Of a DNA stretch of 64,000 nucleotides, positions 20,651 through 29,579 are shown piece by piece. The notes under the pieces are model-generated. The model saw only the letters and a list, made by a program, of their open reading frames with translations. It was not told the DNA's origin and made no database searches. Every line of letters starts with the position of its first letter. Position 1 is the first letter of the stretch. The DNA is from Candidatus Uhrbacteria bacterium RIFCSPHIGHO2_02_FULL_46_47 (lineage in GTDB: Bacteria; Patescibacteriota; Patescibacteriia; GWA2-47-26), in the NCBI GenBank assembly GCA_001790815.1, contig MGDU01000010.1, positions 2,621 to 66,620 on the forward strand, in the 5' to 3' direction. Both the position numbers and the translations under genes were made by a program.

Positions 20651-20687
20651 AAATGTAAAATTCAAAATGCAAAATGTAAAATTATTG
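20651..20687 (+). promoter_or_regulatory. family G element (tandem TGTAAAAT boxes) at the start of paralog 2
   Basis: aaaTGTAAAATtcaaaatgcaaaaTGTAAAATtattg; gives the MQNVKLLLL start. Confidence 0.45.
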
Positions 20688-22268
20688 TTACTGTTTGGAG
20701 CATTTTTAATTTCAGCGTCTTCAGCGCAGGCTCAAGTCAGTTATTGCGCGCCGGGAACAACTGCCTGCTCGCAAGGATGTACACTTGGCGTTAATTGTAC
20801 CAGTTGCTGGAGCGCGCCGACATGTACGATTACTGGGCAAACCGCGCCCACTTGTGGATCATGTCAGTGTCCATCTGGCCAGATTGTTTGTGGAAGCGCG
20901 TGTCAGCTTCCGGCCGCAACTTCTGGCCAACCGTGCGATGCTGGGCAGGGGGCTGGATCAGGAACGTTTGATAGTTGTGGAGTATGTCAGGCAAATGCGC
21001 CGCGCTATGCTACCCGGCAATACTCATTTCCGGGCACTGCGGAAGACGGATATATTAATATCAAAGGAAATCTTCGCACTTCTTCTGATATGTATCTTAC
21101 TTCTGGCAAAGCAATTCGGGTTGACGGAAGCGGTGCAACACCTACTATATTGAATATCGGAAATTTTACCGGCACAGGCGGGGTAAATGTGACTATCCTT
21201 GGCACACTTGCCCTTGATGCGCTTACCGCTGATCGCGTAACTGGAGATGAGCTTTGCATTGGCGTGGATTGCCGCACCAGTTGGCCTGTGGCAGAGGGAG
21301 GGGGACTAACTGGAAGCGGCACTGCCAACCAAGTGGCATTTTTCACCAGCGCATCAAACCTTGATTCTGATGCTAATCTTTTTTGGGATAACATAAATAA
21401 GCGGCTTGGCATTGGCACTGCCACTACCCCAGGCAGTACGCTTACGGTTCGACGCTCTGCCGCCGGAGTCGCGTTTGCGGTGCGCAATACCGGTGATAAC
21501 GCTAACACATTCGCGATTACTGACACCGGATTACTTACTGTGGGCGTTGTGCCGTGGGCGCAGTTACGCGACATTCCTTCCGCATGCGCATCTGGCAAGT
21601 TTGTTATAGATATTGAAAGCGGTACTTGCGCTTTGCCAAGCTCCGCGGCTGAATCCGACCCAGTTTACCTGGCATGGTATAATAGCGCTAACCCCGGTAT
21701 CTCCAATTTAAAAGTTGTCGGTGGCGGAGCTTTTGGCGGGTATACGCCGGATGCAACATGGAAGATAACCACGCCAAACATTTACATTGGTGATCCGGCA
21801 GTAGGTGGTACAATCATCGGCGCAGGTTCTGGCCAAAGCGCCGGAGATATTACCACGGATGGAAATCTTGTAGTAAAAGGTTGTTTTGGGGCAATTTATC
21901 GCGGGGGAACATTGAGTACATATCAAGGAAATGTAAGTTATACAGATCCGGTATTGGGAACTTTGAACGGCTATAAAGCCGTGAATGAAATTTGCAAAGA
22001 TTCTGCGGGTATATTAAGTGGAAGCCATGTCTGCAGTGTGCAAGAAATTTTGGAAAGCATCAAATGCGGCGCAGCACTTCCGGGAACTGGCATTGTATGG
22101 GTGCAAGATGGCCCTCCTGGATTTACGGCGAACGTAAACGATTGTATTGGATGGACTTCCGCGGCTGGCGACTCTTATGGACGATACTGGGCGTTTGACG
22201 CAAATGGCGGCCAAGCATGGGTGCAACCTTGCAATGGTTTAGCCCGCGCGTTTGCTTGTTGCAAATAA
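20667..22268 (+). CDS. secreted Cys-rich fibre-like protein, paralog 2
   Basis: Signal MQNVKLLLLFGAFLISASSAQA and Cys-rich module (CAPGTTACSQGCTLGVNCTSCW..). Fibre-like repeats (IKGNLRTSSDMYLTSGKAIRVDGSG; IGTATTPGSTLTV) and conserved C-terminal domain ending FACCK. Confidence 0.65.
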   Translation: MQNVKLLLLFGAFLISASSAQAQVSYCAPGTTACSQGCTLGVNCTSCWSAPTCTITGQTAPTCGSCQCPSGQIVCGSACQLPAATSGQPCDAGQGAGSGTFDSCGVCQANAPRYATRQYSFPGTAEDGYINIKGNLRTSSDMYLTSGKAIRVDGSGATPTILNIGNFTGTGGVNVTILGTLALDALTADRVTGDELCIGVDCRTSWPVAEGGGLTGSGTANQVAFFTSASNLDSDANLFWDNINKRLGIGTATTPGSTLTVRRSAAGVAFAVRNTGDNANTFAITDTGLLTVGVVPWAQLRDIPSACASGKFVIDIESGTCALPSSAAESDPVYLAWYNSANPGISNLKVVGGGAFGGYTPDATWKITTPNIYIGDPAVGGTIIGAGSGQSAGDITTDGNLVVKGCFGAIYRGGTLSTYQGNVSYTDPVLGTLNGYKAVNEICKDSAGILSGSHVCSVQEILESIKCGAALPGTGIVWVQDGPPGFTANVNDCIGWTSAAGDSYGRYWAFDANGGQAWVQPCNGLARAFACCK

Positions 22269-22270
22269 AT

Positions 22271-23950
22271 ATGCGCAAAATTTCCATTTTTGTTATTTTA
22301 TTAAGCGGGTCAGCTATTTTTGCGCTTGCAAACCCGGCCAATGCTCAGCGCAATACCACTTGCGCAACAAGTGGAGGTGGCCGTAATTGCACAAATGAGC
22401 AACCCGCCGGCCAGACTTGGTATTATTGCGGAGGCACATGCCGTTTGCTTCCTGCTGATCCCGGAGCGCCATTTTCTCTGAATTGCGCCTCCTGCGTTTG
22501 GCAATGCCCGTCTGGAACTACGCTTTGCGGTTCTACAAATACCTGCGTAACCAATCTTGCGTGTCCATCGGGCACTACATTTGATGCGTGTTCTAATAGC
22601 TGCTCAACCCCCTACATTCTTAGAAATCAATTAACGCCGCAGGCAGATACTTATCTCAAAATTACCGGCAACTTGGAAAGCACAAGCGGGGATTTATATT
22701 TGGCAAACACAAAAGCCATACGGATTGACGCAACCGGCGCAAGTGTTTTGAATTTGGGGAATTATACCGCGGCAGGAACGGATTTTAATTTAACACTTCA
22801 CGGAAAACTGGAGACATCATTGACTTTACAAAATGTTGATCCAGTTTATGGCACAGATAAAGACCGCTGGCGACTGCGTTTGGATAATGCCGCGAATGAT
22901 TTTCAGATTATGCGCGTACGTTGGCCTAGTGAAGTTACGAGAATGGAAGATATGGTAGCGTGGTTTGATTACACAACCGGCGGTTTAGGATCCTCATACA
23001 GTATTACTACCAAATCCATTTTGCCACAAGGAGGTGGTGCCCAAATACTTTTGTTAGGCGACATTGATGATACAATACGCGTATCGAACAATTTGCGCGT
23101 GGATGGAAGCGCGGTACTTGGAGCTGCAACTCCAGCCGCTACTGCGCTATTGGACCTCACTTCTACGACAAAAGGTTTATTGCCGCCACGCATGACTACT
23201 GCGCAAAGAAACGGCGTAGTTTCGCCAGCCGCTGGCCTGACCATTTATAATACTAGTACCAATGAACTCAATGTGTACAAAGGTGCGTCCGGGTGGCAGG
23301 CCGTTGGTGCTGCCGCAGCGGAAACTGACCCGATTTATACAGCATGGTATACTGGAGGCAATCCGACTTTACAGAGTTTATCTATAAGTAATCTTACTGT
23401 CACAGGCACTACCACAACTCCAACACTTTGTTTAGGAGTAAACTGCCGTGGTAGCTGGCTTTCCGCAGGCAAATACTTGACAATTAATGCGGGAACAAAC
23501 ACGATTTCCGCAGTTGATTCAGCCGGTTGTTTTGGTCCAAAATTTACCGGACTTACCACAAGTGCGGGTGTAGGTGGAGTAGTACCAAGTACAGGAAGTT
23601 TTGCCAGTGGACGAACTAACGGAGATATTGCCTTTAATAGCGTTCAACAATACCGTGCCGCAAATTCAGCGTGCGCTGCCGCGCATCCGGGCAGTCATCT
23701 TTGCACAACTGCGGAAATTTTAAATTCTATCAACTGTGAAAGTTCAACAGTACTAAATAGCGCGCTTGAGGAATCCTGGATTTCCAATGGCGCACCCGCT
23801 CTTCCAGCGCAAACCAACGATTGTCAGGGTTGGAATTACGGCGTGTTATCCGCATCATTTAATGGCGTTGCATGGGCATTTGGAACTGATGGCGGAGCCG
23901 GGTGGGCAAGAGCTTGTTCAGAGATAAAACCATTAGCATGTTGTCAATAA
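22271..23950 (+). CDS. secreted Cys-rich fibre-like protein, paralog 3
   Basis: Signal MRKISIFVILLSGSAIFALANPANA, Cys-rich N-terminus, ITGNLESTSGDLYLANTKAIRIDATG repeat, C-terminal domain ending LACCQ. Confidence 0.65.
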   Translation: MRKISIFVILLSGSAIFALANPANAQRNTTCATSGGGRNCTNEQPAGQTWYYCGGTCRLLPADPGAPFSLNCASCVWQCPSGTTLCGSTNTCVTNLACPSGTTFDACSNSCSTPYILRNQLTPQADTYLKITGNLESTSGDLYLANTKAIRIDATGASVLNLGNYTAAGTDFNLTLHGKLETSLTLQNVDPVYGTDKDRWRLRLDNAANDFQIMRVRWPSEVTRMEDMVAWFDYTTGGLGSSYSITTKSILPQGGGAQILLLGDIDDTIRVSNNLRVDGSAVLGAATPAATALLDLTSTTKGLLPPRMTTAQRNGVVSPAAGLTIYNTSTNELNVYKGASGWQAVGAAAAETDPIYTAWYTGGNPTLQSLSISNLTVTGTTTTPTLCLGVNCRGSWLSAGKYLTINAGTNTISAVDSAGCFGPKFTGLTTSAGVGGVVPSTGSFASGRTNGDIAFNSVQQYRAANSACAAAHPGSHLCTTAEILNSINCESSTVLNSALEESWISNGAPALPAQTNDCQGWNYGVLSASFNGVAWAFGTDGGAGWARACSEIKPLACCQ

Positions 23951-23953
23951 TTT

Positions 23954-26182
23954 ATGCCAATACCAACATTGAAATATAGGTTTATTTTCACAGTGATTGC
24001 GCTTGCGTTTGGAATTTTTGTTTTACCATCCGCAGGGTTTGCTTATGGTGTTTGCGGTGCGAATACGCTTCTGTATTGTACTGGGCCATGTCAGTCTGTC
24101 TCTACATGGACTTCATCATATAATTGCGCTTCTGGCGCAACGAGCGTGTGCGGAACAGCAACTGATTGGCGGTCAAACTCAAATTGTGTTGCCAAAGAAT
24201 TTTCTTATAGCACAAGCAGTGGCGATGGTTCTTGCGCCTGTACTTGTCCAGCCGGATTTTCCACTAATTGCGGAACATATTGTTTAAATACTCCTGCCAC
24301 ATCATGTTACGGTTCAAATTGCACGGGTGGAATATGCAATTCCGGATACACCCGTAACTCGTGCGGACAATGCGTTCCCGCAACATACACTCCCACCTAT
24401 CTTGATTACTATCAAACCCCGCAATCTGGCAGTATAAACATCGGTGGAAGTGCAACGGTTGGCGGAAATATTTATACTAACGCGATCTACTCCGGCGCCG
24501 GCGGCGCAGCAAATATTTGGATGGGGGATAGTGATGATACTTTGCAAGTGAATGGAAATATCACTATTGGCAGTAGCAAAAGTCTTACTCTTGGAAGTGT
24601 GGCAAGAACATCTTGGCCAATCGGACTTCCAGCAGGTACTTCCGGTCAAACGCTTCGGCACGACGGCACAAACTGGGTTGCCAATAGCATACTGTATAAC
24701 AATGGAACTAATGTTGGCATTGGCACAACTACTCCCGGAACAAAATTGGATGTGGTAGGAACACTGAAAACGACCGGATTTCAATTGGGATCTTCCGCAT
24801 CCGTCGGACAAGTTCTCACAACCGATGCCTCTGGAGTCGGCACTTGGCAAACGTCGCCAGCCACGATAGGCGGAAGCGGAACTGTAAATACGCTTGCAAA
24901 ATTTACCGGAGGAACAGTGCTTGGTAATTCACAAATCGTTGATGATGGCGTAAATACTGGAATTGGCACCATGGCACCAGATACAAAATTACACATAACA
25001 GGTGGTAATAATGCGACATTAGCAAATGGATCAGGGTATGTAGTCATAGGAAATACTGCGGGAGGCAATGTTGTATTGGATAGTTGGGGAATGATGACGC
25101 GCAGTAATGGTGGAAAAGGGTTAATGTTTTTGCAAAATAATGGCGGTGATATTCTAGTTCACAATGCCCAAGGGGGAAGTTCAGTTTTTTCTATCAAGGA
25201 TTCCGGTAGGGTAGGAGTTGGAACAAGTTCTCCAGAAGAGAAACTTGAGGTATGGGAGGGCAGTGCCGGCCCTACTCGTCTGCGTATCAGGGATATGGAT
25301 GCAGGACAGAACCCAGAATTACAATTGTATTATGGGGGAACTAGTGGCAGTGATCATTGGGCGTTTTTCGTCGATAAAGCAAATAACAATTCATTGACAG
25401 TGTGGCAAGGGTCAGACATTTCTGGCACATCAATTATGGAACTTGATTCTTTGGGAAATTTAACAGTTATGGGAAATACTACAACAAACAATATCACTGC
25501 TGATAATCTTATAATAAATGCGGGTGGTGAAGTAATAGTGCCAGGTGGAATCCAAACATTGCCATCTTATACATTCACTGGCGATACCAACACCGGTATC
25601 TACAGCGGCAATGCGGATACTCTACGCTTTTCAACTGCCGGTGCGTCAAGATTAGAAATTAATTCAAGCGGTGATGTCACGATTAATAGCGGCAATGCAC
25701 TAAAATTTACCACTAACAACGTTGCTGCGCCTTCCGCAACAGATAGTTTAGTTGGAACAAGACTACTTCTTTATCCCAATGCTGCGCCTTCGCATTATGC
25801 AATCGGCGTTCAATCTAGTAATATGTGGTTTAATTCGTATAGTGGTTATAAATTTTATAGTAATGTTCAGCAAAAAGCTGAATTAACTAATGAGGGGACG
25901 CTTGATTTGGAGGGTGGTTTGATCGCCGGGACAGGAAATAAAATCATTGTCAATACCGCTGGCGGACTTAAAATGGAAGAACTTGCAAACGAAGATTGGG
26001 ATCAGAATGGTGATGGGAAGTTAATTATTGGGGTATTGGGTGGAGTTAGCTGTGCAAATGTCTGTGCTAGTCATGGCTTACCTTGTTGGGCCGCGTACAC
26101 CTTAGCAGGTGCTGTGAGAGGATTATCAGGAGATGGTTGTTCCTCAACGAGTGGCTATGCATATTGTTGGTGTGGGTCATAG
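23954..26182 (+). CDS. secreted Cys-rich fibre-like protein, paralog 4 (divergent C-terminus)
   Basis: Signal/TM FIFTVIALAFGIFVLPSAGFA and Cys-rich N-terminus. Tail-fibre-like GIGTTTPGTKLDVVGTLKTTG and PxxKLHITGG repeats; Cys-rich C-terminal end (CANVCASHGLPCW..YAYCWCGS). Confidence 0.65.
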   Translation: MPIPTLKYRFIFTVIALAFGIFVLPSAGFAYGVCGANTLLYCTGPCQSVSTWTSSYNCASGATSVCGTATDWRSNSNCVAKEFSYSTSSGDGSCACTCPAGFSTNCGTYCLNTPATSCYGSNCTGGICNSGYTRNSCGQCVPATYTPTYLDYYQTPQSGSINIGGSATVGGNIYTNAIYSGAGGAANIWMGDSDDTLQVNGNITIGSSKSLTLGSVARTSWPIGLPAGTSGQTLRHDGTNWVANSILYNNGTNVGIGTTTPGTKLDVVGTLKTTGFQLGSSASVGQVLTTDASGVGTWQTSPATIGGSGTVNTLAKFTGGTVLGNSQIVDDGVNTGIGTMAPDTKLHITGGNNATLANGSGYVVIGNTAGGNVVLDSWGMMTRSNGGKGLMFLQNNGGDILVHNAQGGSSVFSIKDSGRVGVGTSSPEEKLEVWEGSAGPTRLRIRDMDAGQNPELQLYYGGTSGSDHWAFFVDKANNNSLTVWQGSDISGTSIMELDSLGNLTVMGNTTTNNITADNLIINAGGEVIVPGGIQTLPSYTFTGDTNTGIYSGNADTLRFSTAGASRLEINSSGDVTINSGNALKFTTNNVAAPSATDSLVGTRLLLYPNAAPSHYAIGVQSSNMWFNSYSGYKFYSNVQQKAELTNEGTLDLEGGLIAGTGNKIIVNTAGGLKMEELANEDWDQNGDGKLIIGVLGGVSCANVCASHGLPCWAAYTLAGAVRGLSGDGCSSTSGYAYCWCGS

Positions 26183-26208
26183 TAGTGTTTGAAGGAATTC
26201 TAGGACAG

Positions 26209-26240
26209 CGCGAAGTCAAGCTTTGCGCTGTTTTTGTGAT
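26209..26240 (+). terminator. rho-independent terminator of the paralog-4 gene
   Basis: ACAGCGCgaagtcaagctttGCGCTGT followed by TTTTTG. Confidence 0.6.
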
Positions 26241-26334
26241 ACCGTCAAATTAGGAGGTTCTTAATGAAAAGAGCATTGACAATTTTGCTCGTGCTGGGCT
26301 GTGCGGACACCCGCTATCAGCCGAGCACCTCCCC

Positions 26335-26592
26335 AAACCCCTGCGGACGATTTGCGACGGCCGCACACAATCGTCCGCAACCGTCAACGCTCCTTCCGCT
26401 AATTTACCTTAGCCCGACTGAAATTCGCCCACGGCGAATTTGGGCGGGTCCGCCCTTTTTCCCAACCACTGCTCGTCTCCTCCCCGGAGCTCCGAGCAGC
26501 TTTCATTTTTTTCATCATACTATTGTGCCACCCACCTCGCGACCACCAATTTGCTATGCGGACAAAACGCGACGGTCGTCGCAAATCGTCCG
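26335..26592. repeat. highly structured noncoding segment bounded by 27-bp inverted repeats (GCGGACGATTTGCGACGGCCG)
   Basis: Inverted copies at 26335-26362 and 26565-26592. Internal hairpins (AATTCGCC-cac-GGCGAATT; GGGCGGgtCCGCCC + TTTTT; CTGCTCG..CGAGCAG) and an ATCGTCCGC motif repeated four times. Confidence 0.45.
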
Positions 26593-26766
26593 CACCAGCC
26601 AACGCCCATTGCGCATTTTGCACATTTTTTCATTGCTTTTTTGTTTTTGTGAATGTGCTATACTGATTTACTATGGTATCTCATCTCTATAACTCATATA
26701 TTAAGCGCAAGGAGAGATTTTCGGCTGGTTATCATAATTTGTACAATTCTCTTCCATTCAACACAT

Positions 26767-26798
26767 AACAAAAATCTCACGATCGTGAGATTTTTGTT
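26767..26798. promoter_or_regulatory. perfect 32-bp palindrome with TCACGATCGTGA core
   Basis: AACAAAAATCTCACGA|TCGTGAGATTTTTGTT. Confidence 0.55.
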
Positions 26799-26942
26799 AT
26801 AAACTGCCGCGAAGTCATTAGCGCACGCCAGCTGACTTTCGCAAATTATTCACTCCATAATATCATGCGCGAAAAGGAGGTTGTGGATAAGTCTATTTCA
26901 ATATGCATATCAAATGTGATACGATGGCCACACTTATCAATA

Positions 26943-26971
26943 ACAAAAAAGTCACGATCGTGAACTTTTTG
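26943..26971. promoter_or_regulatory. palindromic operator-like site (TCACGATCGTGA core) 10 nt upstream of the wHTH/Cas2-like gene
   Basis: acaaaaaagtcacgatcgtgaactttttg; a near-identical direct copy is downstream at 27607-27638. Confidence 0.55.
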
Positions 26972-26980
26972 CGATAGATT

Positions 26981-27628
26981 ATGGCGCAGCGTTTAAAGAA
27001 TTCAAAGCAAAAGTCCGCGAAATCGCAATCCAATGCCAGCCGCGCATCTAGGAGTCGTATGCTATCATCTGCCCGTGTGTATCTTCAGGATTTTGCGCAC
27101 GAGTTCTCGGTTTTTACCGGTGCGATATCAGGACGGCATCCTATGGGTTTTGCTGAGTACGAAGATAAGTTGGTCGCGCAAGAGGCGCGTGAGCGCAAAG
27201 CGCGACTTTACGAATTAAGGCGGCGCAAATGGATTGAAACAAAAAAGATAGGGGAGCGCTTGCTTGTGCGGCTTACAAAACAGGGCTGGCAACGCGCCCT
27301 TCGCGACCAAATTCGCTGTACTTCCGTAAAATGTAAAGACGGAATTTGCATTGTGGTTTTTGATGTGCCGGAATCCGAGCGACATGTTCGCGATGCCCTG
27401 CGCGAGATTTTGCAAAGTTGTAATTTTACAATGCTGCAAAAAAGCGTGTGGGTGAGCCGCAAAGATATTATCAAGCCGCTTTGCGCGCTTTTGCAGGGCG
27501 CGAAGCTTGAGCGCTGGGTTCGCATATTGGTTGGCAAAGAGCTTACAAGTTCATTTCTTAGGCGCACTATTACGCGCGCTCAAGCATCCACCGCATCCGC
27601 GATTGCAACAAAAAAGTCACGATCGTGA
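26981..27628 (+). CDS. winged-helix + Cas2-like domain protein (PaaX-like architecture?), paralog 1
   Basis: The C-terminal GICIVVFDVPESERHVRDALREILQSCNFTMLQKSVWV matches the Cas2 beta1-alpha1..QxSV core including the conserved Asp. The N-terminal half is Lys/Arg-rich with a wHTH-like wing (KKIGERLLVRLTKQGWQ). Confidence 0.6.
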   Translation: MAQRLKNSKQKSAKSQSNASRASRSRMLSSARVYLQDFAHEFSVFTGAISGRHPMGFAEYEDKLVAQEARERKARLYELRRRKWIETKKIGERLLVRLTKQGWQRALRDQIRCTSVKCKDGICIVVFDVPESERHVRDALREILQSCNFTMLQKSVWVSRKDIIKPLCALLQGAKLERWVRILVGKELTSSFLRRTITRAQASTASAIATKKSRS

Positions 27629-27638
27629 ACTTTTTGTT
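27607..27638. promoter_or_regulatory. palindromic site (TCACGATCGTGA core) downstream of paralog 1, about 90 bp upstream of cysS
   Basis: aacaaaaaagtcacgatcgtgaactttttgtt. Confidence 0.55.
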
Positions 27639-27705
27639 ATGCATTAAATTGCACGATAATTTCCATCTACGGGTTTTGTGATAGGTTTTATGAAATTTAT
27701 GAGTG

Positions 27706-27714
27706 TGATATACT
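27706..27714 (+). promoter_or_regulatory. extended -10 promoter (TGaTATACT) for cysS
   Basis: 12 nt upstream of the ATG at 27726. Confidence 0.4.
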
Positions 27715-27725
27715 GCGAATGATCT

Positions 27726-29381
27726 ATGTTCAAGCTTTATAATTCCTATACCAAGCGCAAGGAGGGGTTTCGGCCCGCCCATCAAGTGGGCGAGGCTCGC
27801 CTCCGGCGGCCGCTAAAGGATAAGCAGGTGGGGATGTATAATTGCGGGCCCACGGTCTATGACTATGTGCATATTGGAAATTTGCGCGCGTTTTTGTTTG
27901 CCGATATTTTGCGGCGGTATTTGGAATATCGTAGATACAAAGTGAAACAGGTGATGAATATTACTGATGTGGGGCATATGGTTGCCGATGGTGAAAATGG
28001 TGAGGATAAAATGTCCGTGGCAATGCGTCGAGAGGGTAAAGGGCCGGCGGAAGTCGCGCGTTTTTACGAAAAAGCATTTTTTCAAGACATCAATACGCTC
28101 GGTATCAAGCCAGCCTGGAAATATCCGCGTGCCACTGAGCATATTCCGGAGATGATCGCGCTAATTAAAAAATTACTCAAACGCGGGCATGCGTATTTGG
28201 TGGCGGAATCTGCACCACCCCTAACCCCTCCTCCACAAGGAGGGGAAACGAATCAATTTCCTCCCCTGCCCGAGGGGAGGTTAGGAGGGGTGGGAGCTTC
28301 TGTTTATTACGACTTATCTACTTTTCCAAACTACGGCAAACTTTCCGGAAACAAAGTAGATGATCTCATTCCCGGAGCACGAGTGGATGTTATTCATGAA
28401 AAACGCAATCCGTATGATTTCGCGCTGTGGATTTATAAACCGGAGCATGTTTTAAAATGGAGTGCGCCATGGGGCGCGGGATATCCGGGCTGGCATTTAG
28501 AGTGTTCTGCAATGTCCATGAAATATCTTGGGCAAACGCTTGATATCCACACAGGCGGCGAAGATAATAAGTTCCCGCATCATGAGTGCGAGATCGCGCA
28601 GTCAGAGGGCGCAACCGGCAAGCCATTTGCGCGCTATTGGTTGCATGTCAAACATTTACTGGTTGATGGCAAAAAAATGTCAAAATCGCTGGGAAATTTT
28701 TATACTCTGAAAGATTTACTGCAAAAAGGATATTCAGCGCGCGCGATTCGTTATGCGCTTATTTCAACGCACTATCGGGAAACTCTGAATTTTACTTTGG
28801 AAAGCGTGAAGGCGGCGGAGAATGCGTTGCAAAGGGTGGATGAGGTGGTGGATAGGTTGCATCCCCCCTCACCCCAACCCTCTCCCGCACGGGGAGAGGG
28901 AGTAAAGCGCATTCCCTCGCCCTTCATGGGAGAGGGGCAGGGTGAGGGTTTTGCGCGATTGGTCGCACGCACCCGCAAGGATTTTATTGCCGCCATGGAT
29001 GATGATTTAAATGTTTCAAAGGCGCTGGCAGTGATGTTTGAATTGGTGAAAAAAATCAATAAAGTAATGGATAGACCCTCACCGGTCCTTCGGACACCCT
29101 CTCCCGAAGGGGTCGAAGACGGGCCGAGCGAGCGCAGGCCCCGGGGAGGGGTGGGTGAGGGGTTGAAATTGCTGATGGAATTTGATGAGGTGCTGGGATT
29201 GGGGATTGGAAAAAGTGAAAAGCGCACTGTGCCAGAAGAAATTATGAAATTAGTGCAAGAGCGTGAAAAAGCGCGCAATAAAAAAGATTTTGGCCGTGCT
29301 GATGCGTTGCGTAAAGAAATTGCAGAACATGGCTATATTTTGGAAGACACAGCGCAAGGTCCGAGGGTGAAATTAAAATAG
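27726..29381 (+). CDS. cysS: cysteine--tRNA ligase (CysRS) with three in-frame palindromic insertions
   Basis: N-terminal [16 protein letters not shown] (class I HIGH), KMSKS present (KKMSKSLGN). At 551 aa vs about 460 typical, the excess comes from three family C elements encoding P/G/E-rich loops. Confidence 0.9.
   Translation: MFKLYNSYTKRKEGFRPAHQVGEARLRRPLKDKQVGMYNCGPTVYDYVHIGNLRAFLFADILRRYLEYRRYKVKQVMNITDVGHMVADGENGEDKMSVAMRREGKGPAEVARFYEKAFFQDINTLGIKPAWKYPRATEHIPEMIALIKKLLKRGHAYLVAESAPPLTPPPQGGETNQFPPLPEGRLGGVGASVYYDLSTFPNYGKLSGNKVDDLIPGARVDVIHEKRNPYDFALWIYKPEHVLKWSAPWGAGYPGWHLECSAMSMKYLGQTLDIHTGGEDNKFPHHECEIAQSEGATGKPFARYWLHVKHLLVDGKKMSKSLGNFYTLKDLLQKGYSARAIRYALISTHYRETLNFTLESVKAAENALQRVDEVVDRLHPPSPQPSPARGEGVKRIPSPFMGEGQGEGFARLVARTRKDFIAAMDDDLNVSKALAVMFELVKKINKVMDRPSPVLRTPSPEGVEDGPSERRPRGGVGEGLKLLMEFDEVLGLGIGKSEKRTVPEEIMKLVQEREKARNKKDFGRADALRKEIAEHGYILEDTAQGPRVKLK
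28214..28295. repeat. family C palindromic element in-frame in cysS (1 of 3)
   Basis: caccaccctaacccctcctccacaaggagggg...cctcccctgcccgaggggaggttaggaggggtggga; encodes [28 protein letters not shown]. Confidence 0.8.
28863..28948. repeat. family C palindromic element in-frame in cysS (2 of 3)
   Basis: cccccctcaccccaaccctctcccgcacggggagaggg...gggagaggggcagggtgaggg; encodes [22 protein letters not shown]. Confidence 0.8.
29077..29162. repeat. family C palindromic element in-frame in cysS (3 of 3)
   Basis: ccctcaccggtccttcggacaccctctcccgaagggg...ccccggggaggggtgggtgagggg. Confidence 0.8.
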
Positions 29382-29418
29382 AAGAGCCGCCGCGAGGTTG
29401 AGCCAAGCGGCGGCGTGC
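29376..29418 (-). terminator. rho-independent terminator (minus strand) for the response-regulator gene
   Basis: Minus-strand GCCGCCGCttggctcaacctcGCGGCGGC followed by TCTTCTATTTT; overlaps the cysS stop. Confidence 0.45.
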
Positions 29419-29579
29419 TAAAGAACGGATCTCAGCGCAAGCGCTATAGGTGCTTGAGTTCTGCGCGGATTGCGATGAGCGGCTGTCCTGTTGGGAAGGG
29501 CTTTGGAACAAAGGTCGTGATGATTCCTTCATGAAGGAGATCACGCCCTCCTTCCTCATACCCACGATGGGTGTTGAAG

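Noticed and set aside
1026-26182. Prophage interpretation of the tail-fibre-like repeat proteins
   Set aside because: No integrase, terminase, capsid, portal or tail-tube genes are present. The fibre-like proteins have signal peptides and sit among housekeeping genes, so they are more likely cellular adhesins than phage structural proteins.
26264-26692. 142-aa ORF after the lipoprotein-like start
   Set aside because: Only the first about 20 codons look protein-like. The rest overlaps an intrinsic terminator and stacked palindromes and is Pro/Arg/Ser low complexity. It is kept as a finding, not as a CDS.
26190-27640. Possible CRISPR array next to the Cas2-like genes
   Set aside because: The TCACGATCGTGA-containing sites are palindromic, irregularly spaced (173 bp, then about 660 bp) and flank a gene rather than short spacers. 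No regularly spaced direct repeats occur anywhere in the window.
29242-29565. Minus-strand 107-aa ORF overlapping the cysS 3' end
   Set aside because: It overlaps the cysS coding sequence and the terminator. It more likely represents the 3' UTR of the receiver gene.
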